Shown here: one piece after another, positions 45,756-54,754 of the stretch
Position numbering within the stretch: position 1 is the stretch's first letter
Layout: the number at the start of each line of letters is the position of its first letter
Assembly: GCA_964421635.1 (NCBI GenBank)
Contig: CAYQWZ010000003.1
Location: 65,712-129,711 of the forward strand
Source of the DNA: an uncultured Candidatus Saccharibacteria bacterium
GTDB taxonomy: Bacteria; Patescibacteriota; UBA1384; CAILIB01; JAUSJZ01
DNA length: 64,000 nt
Direction of reading: 5' to 3'
Notes under the pieces: generated by a model
What the model was told of the DNA's origin: nothing
What the model saw: the letters and a program-made list of their open reading frames with translations, nothing else
The model's database searches: none
Position numbers and translations under genes: made by a program

Positions 45756-47911
45756 TAATCTTTAGTTACTCTCCATACTTCTTCTAGTGAGGTAATACCG
45801 TCAATCGCTTTCATTAATCCATCTTGCATCATAGTTGTCATGCCGTCGGCAATGGCTTGAGCAGAAATTTTTGAGTCGTCTGAACTTTGATTAGCAAGTT
45901 CTTTTATAGCGGTGTTGACATCTAAAATTTCAAATAATCCTACTCGGCCTTGGTAGCCAGTGTCGTTACAGACTTCGCAGCCTTTGCCCTTAAAGAAATT
46001 CATTTTGGCGGGCATTTTGTAATCCTTAATTTTGGCTAGCTCTTCTTTAATAGTCTGTAGTTCTTGGGCCGAAGGATTATAACTTTCCTTGCAGTGCTCG
46101 CAAATTTTTCGCGCTAGTCTTTGAGCGATAACTGTATTAACAGATGAAGAAATTAAGAATGGTTCTACACCCATATCTATTAGGCGAGGGAAGGCGCCAG
46201 CGGCGTTGTTGGTGTGTAAAGTAGAGAGCACAATGTGGCCTGTGAGGGCGGATTGAATAGCAATTTCGGCTGTTGGTTTATCACGAATTTCACCAACCAT
46301 AATAATGTCTGGGTCTTGACGCACAATGGCTCGCAATCCATCGGCGAAGTTGTATTTAATGTCGGGGTTGACCTGACTCTGGTTAATTCCCTCAATTCTA
46401 TATTCAATCGGATTTTCTAGAGTCACAATATTTACTCCGACATCCATTAGTTGACCTAAAAGTGCGTACAGGGTGGTAGTTTTGCCAGAACCGGTTGGTC
46501 CGCAAACCAAAGTCATGCCGAAGCTTTTTTTGACATTGTTTTTTACAATATCGTAAGAACGGCCACGCACACCAATTTCTTCCAAAGATAATATTCCTTG
46601 CGATTTGTCGAGTACGCGCATAACTGCTTTTTCGCCGTCTGCTACAGGTAAAATTGAGAGACGAAAGTCAACTCGGTTTTTATCTATCTCTATCATAAAT
46701 CGTCCGTCCTGAGGTAGGCGGTGCTCATCAATTTTTAGGTTGGCAATAATTTTGAGCCTAGCAATTATAGCTGCTTGAATAGTCTTTGGCAGCCTTATTC
46801 GTTCGCGCAGTACACCATCAATCCTAAATCTTATTACCACAGCGTTTTCGTAAGGCTCAACATGAATATCTGATGCCTTCTCCCGCACCGCCCGTCGCAT
46901 TAGTGACAGTACAATTTTGGAGGTAGGAGAATCTTCACCTGAAGTTTCCACATTTTCGTTCTGGGCTTGGGCAATCTCTTTTTTAGAAATTTCTAAGTCA
47001 GTATCTTTAATGACCGTTTCAACTTCTTTCTCCAAGCCTGAATATTGGTTTAAAATTCGATTGATATCTTCGGTGGTGGCCAAAACAGGCACTACATCGC
47101 GGCCAGTGCTTTTTTTAATCAGCTGAACTATCTCTAAGTTTTCAGGATCAACCATAGCCACTGTAATGGTGTTTTTGTCGGCTTCTATGGGGGCGGCTTT
47201 GTGACGGCGAGCGAAAAGTTCAGGCAAAATATTTAAGATTTTTTTGTCAACCTTAATATTAGATAAATCTTTGTAGCTAATAGTTTTTGGCTTGATAGCT
47301 TGCCTAAATTGGCTAGTTTGGGTTTTGGCGTCTACGGTTATAGGATCGCGTTTCTTAAATTTATCAAACAGAATCAATAGATTCGGCGATTTTTTATTTT
47401 GTTCCGTCTTCACTGTTTCTGCTGTTGCTGGTTCTGTCGCTGTCTCAGCAGGCGCTGCTGCTTCAATGATATCTTCTTTCAGCTCAGTGTCAGCTTCAAA
47501 CTCAGCCACATTAACACCATCGCCAGCTTGATTTTCGCCTGCCTGAATTTGATCAACTTCATCTGGCGGAGCACTCATCACTTGGCCATCTTTGTCGTAA
47601 CGAGTAGCGACTTTATGCAAAGTGCCACGACGGATTTCCACCGCATTTCTAAATTTGTCGGCCGGTTTAAACTTAACAACTTTTGTTGGAAGGATTAATA
47701 TCTGATGACCGCGACCCTGCGGGTCAGGCACCGATTTAGAAGGATAGTGGTGAATCTTGAAACGACCAAAATTGGTAATATTAACAACCTCACCTTTATT
47801 AAGGCTGCCGGCAATAACATTTGAGATCTCGTTTATTATTTTCCTAGAACGAGCTAAAGATAGCCCTGACCGCTGGGCTACTAAATTATAAACATCGGAT
47901 GTTTTTAGCAT
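45755..47911 (-). CDS. pilB: PilB/GspE assembly ATPase with N-terminal HU/IHF-like domain
   Basis: ASDIH, RIDG, PQDGR, GPTGSGKT, RQDPD..VGEIRD, TGH..STLH, CxxC...CxxC; residues 1-91 HU-like. Confidence 0.92.
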   Translation of the reverse strand: MLKTSDVYNLVAQRSGLSLARSRKIINEISNVIAGSLNKGEVVNITNFGRFKIHHYPSKSVPDPQGRGHQILILPTKVVKFKPADKFRNAVEIRRGTLHKVATRYDKDGQVMSAPPDEVDQIQAGENQAGDGVNVAEFEADTELKEDIIEAAAPAETATEPATAETVKTEQNKKSPNLLILFDKFKKRDPITVDAKTQTSQFRQAIKPKTISYKDLSNIKVDKKILNILPELFARRHKAAPIEADKNTITVAMVDPENLEIVQLIKKSTGRDVVPVLATTEDINRILNQYSGLEKEVETVIKDTDLEISKKEIAQAQNENVETSGEDSPTSKIVLSLMRRAVREKASDIHVEPYENAVVIRFRIDGVLRERIRLPKTIQAAIIARLKIIANLKIDEHRLPQDGRFMIEIDKNRVDFRLSILPVADGEKAVMRVLDKSQGILSLEEIGVRGRSYDIVKNNVKKSFGMTLVCGPTGSGKTTTLYALLGQLMDVGVNIVTLENPIEYRIEGINQSQVNPDIKYNFADGLRAIVRQDPDIIMVGEIRDKPTAEIAIQSALTGHIVLSTLHTNNAAGAFPRLIDMGVEPFLISSSVNTVIAQRLARKICEHCKESYNPSAQELQTIKEELAKIKDYKMPAKMNFFKGKGCEVCNDTGYQGRVGLFEILDVNTAIKELANQSSDDSKISAQAIADGMTTMMQDGLMKAIDGITSLEEVWRVTKD

Positions 47912-48041
47912 CTACTCTATTTTATCAACGCCTGAGTGTTAACTCTACGGGTTAGCTCCAGATAACAGTTGGGGGGTCTAAAAAGACAATACAGCAGTCG
48001 TAATTTCTTGATAATATGAATGGTGATAAGCTAAATACTAC

Positions 48042-49583
48042 ATGTATCAATCGTTATATCGAACTTATAGGCCAACAAATTTTAGCCAAATTGTCGGTCA
48101 AGAACATGTCGTTCGTCTTTTGCGGGCGGCTTTAGCAAAACAAAAAGTCGCCCACGCTTATTTTTTTACAGGACCGCGCGGAACGGGCAAAACTACTGTC
48201 GCGCGGCTATTAGCCAAGGCTGTAAACTGCGAAGGTACGAAGGATAATTCAGAAGATGTCATTTGTGATAGCTGCGATTCCTGCGCCGCTGTGACAGATG
48301 GCAAAAGCCTAGATGTGATAGAAATAGACGCTGCTTCTAATAACGGCGTTGAAGATGTGCGCGCTTTGCGTGAGCGAATTCAGTTTCCACCCCAAGAGCT
48401 CAAAAAGAAGGTCTACATTATTGATGAAGTACACATGCTCTCGACAGGCGCTTTTAACGCACTTTTAAAAACACTAGAAGAGCCACCGGCACACGCCATG
48501 TTTATTTTAGCTACAACAGAGCCTCATAAAGTGCCAATTACTATTCAATCGCGCTGTCAAAGAGTAGATTTTCATCGAGCTACAAATAAGCAAATTATTC
48601 AAAATCTTAAGAATATTACCCAAAGTGAAAAGATTAAAATTAAAAATGATGCTTTAGAACTGTTAGCCGAGCTTTCAGAAGGCAGCTTCCGTGATTCTAT
48701 CACCCTGTTAGAGCGAGTGATGCAAGAGAAAGACGAAGTAGATATTGAGCGCGTTAATGAGCTTTTAGGATTAGGAGACGAAAAAACAATCCAAGATATA
48801 TTAGAGGCGGTTTTAGATTTTGATCAAACAAAATCTTTTAAAAAATTAGATATCGCCATTGAAAAAGGGGTTAATGCGACTTACTTGGCTTACAGTATGA
48901 TTCATTTAATTCGGCGACTGTTATACATTCGCGTTGGTGTCATAAAAAGTAGTCGAGATTTTGATAAACAAAATTCTATTAAGGCCAGCGTTGAACAGTT
49001 TAGGCAGCTTTTAAAACTCTGGCAAGAAGCGGCCATAGATTCGCGCCATTCTCCAATTACACAACTGCCCTTAGAACTAGCGTTGGCTGAATGGTTAGGG
49101 AAAGCAGAGCCAAAAACTGATCTCGAATTGAAGCCAGAAATGATTACAGAAAATCTGCCACAACAATCAACTGAACAAGATTCTATCAGTCAGCAAACCA
49201 CAAAGATAGTTCAAAATTCTAAAACCTATGTTTTAGACAACAAACAGTGGGATGAAGTTCTAGCCAAATTGATTAAGTACAACCATTCATTAACTAAATT
49301 ATTGCAACAGGCTAGCCTTGGTCGGGTACAAAATAATAAACTGCCAATTTATGTACAATATAAATTTCATGCTGAAACGCTAGCTCAAAAAATCAATTTC
49401 GATGCTCTAGCTAAAGCTTTACTAGAAGTAACAAAAACTACTTTGGTGCCCGTATTCGAAATTGGCCAGCCGAAAGAAGTAGTCAACCAGAGCAATCCTC
49501 AAGAAATACCAAGCTCTACCAACTTCGAAAATTCTACCGACTCTGACGATTTGCTTAACAAAGTGAACGAGGTTTTCACATAA
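48042..49583 (+). CDS. dnaX: DNA polymerase III gamma/tau subunit
   Basis: LYRTYRP, GPRGTGKT, EIDAASN, IIDEVH, SRCQ. Confidence 0.96.
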   Translation: MYQSLYRTYRPTNFSQIVGQEHVVRLLRAALAKQKVAHAYFFTGPRGTGKTTVARLLAKAVNCEGTKDNSEDVICDSCDSCAAVTDGKSLDVIEIDAASNNGVEDVRALRERIQFPPQELKKKVYIIDEVHMLSTGAFNALLKTLEEPPAHAMFILATTEPHKVPITIQSRCQRVDFHRATNKQIIQNLKNITQSEKIKIKNDALELLAELSEGSFRDSITLLERVMQEKDEVDIERVNELLGLGDEKTIQDILEAVLDFDQTKSFKKLDIAIEKGVNATYLAYSMIHLIRRLLYIRVGVIKSSRDFDKQNSIKASVEQFRQLLKLWQEAAIDSRHSPITQLPLELALAEWLGKAEPKTDLELKPEMITENLPQQSTEQDSISQQTTKIVQNSKTYVLDNKQWDEVLAKLIKYNHSLTKLLQQASLGRVQNNKLPIYVQYKFHAETLAQKINFDALAKALLEVTKTTLVPVFEIGQPKEVVNQSNPQEIPSSTNFENSTDSDDLLNKVNEVFT

Positions 49584-49615
49584 TCTGGTAAATTAAGATT
49601 AACTAAATTAATTTT

Positions 49616-49912
49616 ATGCGTGTAAAAATAGATAAAGATGCCTGCCAAACCGCCGCTACCTGTTTGCAATTTCAGCTCAGTGACGAAAAAACGCTTTATG
49701 AGTTAGACGATGATTCAATTGCTGTTTTGAAAACGAAGGATGGCCAAGCTGTAGGTGACGAATGGGTAGATATTAAAGAATTAGCTGGCTATGACGAAAC
49801 GAAGGATGTCAAGATGCGCGAAATTTTGCTTGATTCAGCCAAAGCTTGCTCCTTCAACGCCATTGTCATTGAAGATGATAATGGCAAGGTAATCTGGCCC
49901 GAAGAGATTTAA
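49616..49912 (+). CDS. Ferredoxin-like protein (likely 3Fe-4S ligand set)
   Basis: KIDKDACQTAATC ... AKACSFNAI. Confidence 0.7.
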   Translation: MRVKIDKDACQTAATCLQFQLSDEKTLYELDDDSIAVLKTKDGQAVGDEWVDIKELAGYDETKDVKMREILLDSAKACSFNAIVIEDDNGKVIWPEEI

Positions 49913-49913
49913 T

Positions 49914-50762
49914 ATGACCAAACCACGAATTGGAGCGCATGTCTCAGCAGCGGGAGGGGCCAAAAAACTTCTGGCTCGAGTCGAAGATTTAGGTGTTGAG
50001 GTGGCGCAGATTCATCCTTCGGCGCCGCAGACCTATCGACAATCATCTATTTTGGCACCCGACCGTCAACTAATCAAAGAAACTCTTGAGAAAAAGAAAA
50101 TCCTGCTTTATTTTCATTCAATTTATTTAATCAATTTGGCCAATGAAGATAATCAAAAATGGCACGCCTCTATTTCAGCGGTGAAACATTATTTAGAAAT
50201 TGCGCCTGAGTTTGGCGCTATTGGCACGGTCACTCATGTTGGCTCGCATAAAGGTAAAGGATTGGCTGCGGTTGAGGCGCGGCTGCAAAAGGCAGCTCAA
50301 AAACTGGCTAAAGAAACGACGCAGCCGCGCGGTAAATTTATTATTGAAAATACGGCTGGTGGTGGCGGAACTTTAGGACGGAATCTAGATGAGCTAGAAT
50401 TTTTATACAAAATCTTTTCTGAGTATTTAGACACAGGAATCTGTCTGGATACCTGCCATCTGTTTGCGGCTGGCGTTCCTATTAATGATCAGAAAAAATT
50501 TTCTGTTTGGCTCGACCAATTCGATCATACTATCGGATTAGAAAAGGTGCTAGCAATCCATCTAAATGATTCAAAAACTAAATTTAATTCTAATCGTGAT
50601 CGGCATGCAAATATTGGGGAGGGGGAGATTGGGGAAGATATTTTGCGCCGAATTGTGAAGGAGCCACGACTGGCTCACTGCGATTTTGTATTAGAAGTTC
50701 CTGGTGCAGGCGAAGGGCCAGATAAGCCAAATATTGAAAAGGCAAAGTCGTTTCGCAGTTAA
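49914..50762 (+). CDS. nfo: Endonuclease IV
   Basis: IGAHVS, YLINL, IENTAG, CLDTCH, HLNDSK, DRHANIG. Confidence 0.94.
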   Translation: MTKPRIGAHVSAAGGAKKLLARVEDLGVEVAQIHPSAPQTYRQSSILAPDRQLIKETLEKKKILLYFHSIYLINLANEDNQKWHASISAVKHYLEIAPEFGAIGTVTHVGSHKGKGLAAVEARLQKAAQKLAKETTQPRGKFIIENTAGGGGTLGRNLDELEFLYKIFSEYLDTGICLDTCHLFAAGVPINDQKKFSVWLDQFDHTIGLEKVLAIHLNDSKTKFNSNRDRHANIGEGEIGEDILRRIVKEPRLAHCDFVLEVPGAGEGPDKPNIEKAKSFRS

Positions 50763-50800
50763 AAAAAGGAGCAAAAAACAGGCAACAAAAACAGGCAATA

Positions 50801-50831
50801 AAAAGAAGGGGCGGCGGAGCCGCCCCTTTTT
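50801..50831. terminator. Bidirectional terminator
   Basis: A-rich run, AAGGGGCGGC-gga-GCCGCCCCTT, T run, between convergent genes. Confidence 0.85.
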
Positions 50832-50886
50832 GAGTGCGCCAAGATGAGACTTGGCGGGGGTATCCAACGATTCGTAACATCGACTG

Positions 50887-53013
50887 TTACCAGTTGATGG
50901 TGTACTCTTCGAACCGTTGGGAGTGGTTGTTGTTGGTGCTAGGCCCGCGAGGGAAGCCGTGGTGGTAAAGGGGGCCGCTGTAACGAGACAGCATGCCACC
51001 GTAAACCGCCCAAGCGTTGTTGACGCCGAGTTCACAGATTCGACCATGTTGGAAGATCTGTTCCTCGCCGTAACGAGCGCTACAGCCCGACCTCACCCTT
51101 GTGACCTTGGCAGTCAGCGGATAGCCCATGGGTCCAGAGGGGCCACCAGTGCGTTCGTATTCACGGAAGAATCCTCCTGTGATTACATGCTCCGTTTGAC
51201 TCCACTCCGCGATGCAACCACCTTGGAAGGGCTGGTACATGCCATACCCACCATTGGTGTTTACATACTGCGGAGCGCCAGATTTGGGCGATCGGCGATG
51301 GTCGGCGGGAAAGCTGAGTTCGCCAGACCATTTGCCCTTGTGTTCCCAGACGCGGGCGAAATCGCCAATCACATGGGTAACGAGACCCTTGCATTTGACG
51401 ATGTAGCCACTTTCGAATTGCTGTGCCTCGCCGATTTCACCATCGACGCCGGATCGCAATCCTCGCATCTGGTCGCCAATGGGACAGCCTAGTTCGCCGT
51501 TGCCGCCACCTTTTGTCTCATGGTATCTGGAGAACTCTCCCTCGACCGGGTAGACATTCGTGCCGAGGTTGTACAGTACTCCATTCTCACCTCGTTGTCT
51601 GGTGTAGCCACGGTTAGATACGCCGGAGACATACCGACCGTCTCTTCCATCCATCTGGGAAGGTTCAACTGATCGTCCCACATTACTGCGAGCGGCTGCC
51701 GCCTCCCACTTTTCACGGAAGAAGGCGTTATGTCCCCAGACGATGCCGACTACTTGCTGTGCTACCTGTTGCGGCGCCGACGCTGTGGAAGAAGAAGTAG
51801 CGCCGTTACTGCTAGTTTGGCTTGCCGGTATGGAGGCGTAGGTAGTTACGGATGAGCTACCAGACTCGCTGCCGGTGTCGATTACTTCTGCCAACTCGTT
51901 ATAGACACGCTCCATGGCTGAAGGGTGACTATGCAAAGCAGAATGTCCGAGTGGCAGAACAGCCGATTCCCAGCGAGCTTCATTGGCCAGACCCGACCAG
52001 TTGCAGCTGTTAACACTAACAACCCAGTCTTTGCTTCCTGCCAGAGTGAAGTAATCTGTATCAGCGTGGGTCGGCTGATTCAGATCGTTGAGAAATATAC
52101 TATTGTGCATCATATTACCGATGGATGGAATAGTATAATTGGCAATAAAATACGCTATTAATGATGTTTCGATTAATGCTGGATTCAGTGTAACTCCAGC
52201 AGCAAAGATAAGGTTATCCGTTGTTAATCCAGCGAAAGAAACACCATCATTAGGTGTACCAAGCATTACTAATTTCTTAACGTCATGATCCATCCCTCTT
52301 TTCTCAATAAGATGTCGAGCGACAAGACCACCTTGGCTGTGGCCGACTACAACCAACTTCTTGTAACCGCAGGTATTATGTAATTCATGTAATGCATCGT
52401 ATATTTGTTGGGAGCTTGTAGTGATTGATTGAAGATCATAATAATCGATATAAAGAAGATTTGAAACCAATCTTGTTTTTGATTCTTGACCAGGAATGAA
52501 TCCATTAATAGAATTTGCAACATCCTTCATGGAGGTATGATTGGTGAAAGTACCATGAAGAACTATTCCTATGGGTAATTCAGATGTCGCACGACCCGAA
52601 GTGTTTGTACCCATATAATTGATTTGTGGAGGAGTTGCTTGTGGCAAAGTGATTTTGAACAAACTGATGCTTTTTGGAGCAACATCCTCTTGAAGCGGGG
52701 TACTAGAAAATTTTGTAACAACAGTGTTCCCGTCAAGTTCACCAACAACTGGTTGCCAAGAGCCATTCTCGTATGTCAATGTCAGCAAGAAAGCCTCATT
52801 GTCTCTCAGAGAATCATTGTAGTTGAGGGTCACATCTTTGTTTAGGCTTCTTTTCGCTTCGATTTGTTGCTCATGAACTTTCACCGATGTGAAATCAGTA
52901 CTTTCCGAAGTGAACGAAGGCTCATCTAGTTGATTAAGTGATGGGCTGGAATCATTGTTTGAACCGCAACCGTATAGAAGCGCCAACGCAATTGACAGCA
53001 GCAGCCTCTTCAT
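50887..53013 (-). CDS. Lipoprotein: alpha/beta-hydrolase (lipase-like) plus LGFP-like repeats
   Basis: Lipobox LYGC; LHG, GHSQGG, LGTPN, DWVV, GHS; Ser linker; GELGCP/GELSFP/GPMGYP/HGFP repeats. Confidence 0.8.
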   Translation of the reverse strand: MKRLLLSIALALLYGCGSNNDSSPSLNQLDEPSFTSESTDFTSVKVHEQQIEAKRSLNKDVTLNYNDSLRDNEAFLLTLTYENGSWQPVVGELDGNTVVTKFSSTPLQEDVAPKSISLFKITLPQATPPQINYMGTNTSGRATSELPIGIVLHGTFTNHTSMKDVANSINGFIPGQESKTRLVSNLLYIDYYDLQSITTSSQQIYDALHELHNTCGYKKLVVVGHSQGGLVARHLIEKRGMDHDVKKLVMLGTPNDGVSFAGLTTDNLIFAAGVTLNPALIETSLIAYFIANYTIPSIGNMMHNSIFLNDLNQPTHADTDYFTLAGSKDWVVSVNSCNWSGLANEARWESAVLPLGHSALHSHPSAMERVYNELAEVIDTGSESGSSSVTTYASIPASQTSSNGATSSSTASAPQQVAQQVVGIVWGHNAFFREKWEAAAARSNVGRSVEPSQMDGRDGRYVSGVSNRGYTRQRGENGVLYNLGTNVYPVEGEFSRYHETKGGGNGELGCPIGDQMRGLRSGVDGEIGEAQQFESGYIVKCKGLVTHVIGDFARVWEHKGKWSGELSFPADHRRSPKSGAPQYVNTNGGYGMYQPFQGGCIAEWSQTEHVITGGFFREYERTGGPSGPMGYPLTAKVTRVRSGCSARYGEEQIFQHGRICELGVNNAWAVYGGMLSRYSGPLYHHGFPRGPSTNNNHSQRFEEYTINW

Positions 53014-53093
53014 CCGTCTCTCCTCGTTGTTCAGGTTCTAGATCGCCCTATTGCGACCCTGCATTCATTAAAACGAAGTCTTCATTACAGGAT

Positions 53094-53135
53094 ATTTATT
53101 ACGAATGAAGATGAGATAATGATTTTGTAATGTAA
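53094..53135 (+). repeat. 42-bp upstream repeat, copy 1
   Basis: 37/42 identical to 53873-53914; ends 19 nt before an ATG. Confidence 0.85.
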
Positions 53136-53154
53136 GTTGGTTTAACCTATTGTT

Positions 53155-53454
53155 ATGCATGATCTCTACTTATTGTTTGTAGCAGTAATATCTATGATTC
53201 TTTCCTGGTTTTTTGTAAGGACATTAGTTTTTGTTGGTTTAGAGAGGAAAAAAATTAGTAATGAACAAAAAACATTATTACAAGAAGAAATTAAAAGAGT
53301 AGCTTTTGGGCCGCTTATATATTATGGAATTAGTAAGAAATATGATATTGTTTGTAATATTGTTCCAAGATACTGGATAGATTTTTCTGTAATTATTGGC
53401 TATTTCTTTCTTTTTATATGTTTTAGATTATTATCATTAGTAATTTATTTATGA
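53155..53454 (+). CDS. Small membrane protein
   Basis: Two hydrophobic helices; AT-rich. Confidence 0.55.
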   Translation: MHDLYLLFVAVISMILSWFFVRTLVFVGLERKKISNEQKTLLQEEIKRVAFGPLIYYGISKKYDIVCNIVPRYWIDFSVIIGYFFLFICFRLLSLVIYL

Positions 53455-53858
53455 ATACAAAAAACACAAATAGAAATCAATTAATAACTGGCTTATTCTA
53501 TATTTTGTCAGCAATCATTTTTGTGTGGTTGCCTTTGCCATTTCTTTATCCTGCAATGAATGATTTGAGTCTTATCATTCTCTTAATGTATCCAATATTC
53601 ATTACTCCATTATTTGCTATTTTTCTAGTGTTATTAAAAGTAATAGGAAAAAAAATCCCGCTAAATATAATAGTATTATCTACAGTGTTTGCATTAATAT
53701 TTAGTGTGGTGGCATTAAGATTGGAATCACAATACAGTATCCTTTCTAATCTTATGGAGGGGAATATACATTTCGAAAAAAAATCAACTGAATTGATAAT
53801 AATAGATCAAAATGACGATTCTAATACTATTGGAGAAGAAACAATAACCTCAGATTAG
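53451..53858 (+). CDS. Small three-TM membrane protein
   Basis: ATGA overlap with the upstream gene; hydrophobic. Confidence 0.6.
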   Translation: MNTKNTNRNQLITGLFYILSAIIFVWLPLPFLYPAMNDLSLIILLMYPIFITPLFAIFLVLLKVIGKKIPLNIIVLSTVFALIFSVVALRLESQYSILSNLMEGNIHFEKKSTELIIIDQNDDSNTIGEETITSD

Positions 53859-53872
53859 TTACTTGATGTAAA

Positions 53873-53914
53873 ATTTATCACGAATGAAGATGAGATAATT
53901 AAAATGTAATGTAA
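53873..53914 (+). repeat. 42-bp upstream repeat, copy 2
   Basis: Matches 53094-53135. Confidence 0.85.
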
Positions 53915-53933
53915 TTTAGAATAGGATTAATGC

Positions 53934-54386
53934 ATGCAAATAAATTTCTTGAAACACGGTCAGTCGTCGAAGCTGATGACTTTTTCTTCCTCTTTGTTTT
54001 CTCTGATAATTATTTTTTTTCTTACTTCCAAAAATGTTTTAGCATTTCTGCCATATTTAATTTTTGTGCCGTTAGCTTTAACATTTATTGCCTATATTAT
54101 TTCCAATTCTCTATATAAAAAGAAAAAAATAGATCAAAAAGAATACTCCTTTATACCAAAGTATGTGTTTATATTGAATTTGTTTCTATACTCGCTTGAG
54201 TTAGGATTTCATATTTTTTACAATGCCAGATCTCAAATAAATTTTTTCACATCTGGAATGTTAGGGGCAAAGATCGTATATATAATCAGCACTTATTCTT
54301 TGCAAATATTCATAATATTGTTTTTGGCTGCAATTATATTATGGTTTTATCAAATATTACAAGGTGTGCCTAAAAGTGAGAAATAG
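53934..54386 (+). CDS. Small four-TM membrane protein
   Basis: Hydrophobic, AT-rich; start at the same offset from the repeat as 53155. Confidence 0.55.
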   Translation: MQINFLKHGQSSKLMTFSSSLFSLIIIFFLTSKNVLAFLPYLIFVPLALTFIAYIISNSLYKKKKIDQKEYSFIPKYVFILNLFLYSLELGFHIFYNARSQINFFTSGMLGAKIVYIISTYSLQIFIILFLAAIILWFYQILQGVPKSEK

Positions 54387-54429
54387 TATTTAATCTATCA
54401 ATGAAAAATATTACACAATTACTATATCT

Positions 54430-54708
54430 ATGATGAGCAAGAGCTTTATCATTTCATCTTTGAGTATTACTATAGTTGGAATATTTATTTTAATGAATGC
54501 TTCTGCCCTTGGAATGGAAGGATTAGCAATTGCAATGTATTACATACCCATGTCGCTACTGATTGCTTTCTTTATAGTTGTACCAATAGCAAATAAATTA
54601 AGGGATAAGAAAATCTTAGATCATAATCAGTACATATTTTTTACCATTTTATTGTTATTTACCAACATATTGTTTCTACTGATTAAACTTAATCACGGCT
54701 TTTCGTAG
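54430..54708 (+). CDS. Small three-TM membrane protein
   Basis: Hydrophobic, AT-rich. Confidence 0.55.
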   Translation: MMSKSFIISSLSITIVGIFILMNASALGMEGLAIAMYYIPMSLLIAFFIVVPIANKLRDKKILDHNQYIFFTILLLFTNILFLLIKLNHGFS

Positions 54709-54754
54709 AATCCTAACCTAACCCCACCACAATTTTTTGCTGTACAATAGTAGT

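Noticed and set aside
50772-50798. AAAAACAGGCAA tandem repeat
   Set aside because: Only two short copies in an A-rich spacer beside a terminator
50917-51716. Overlapping ORFs on and opposite the LGFP region
   Set aside because: Expected shadow ORFs in GC-rich coding DNA
53094-53914. CRISPR or integron attC repeats
   Set aside because: Only two copies about 780 bp apart, not palindromic, with no cas or intI gene
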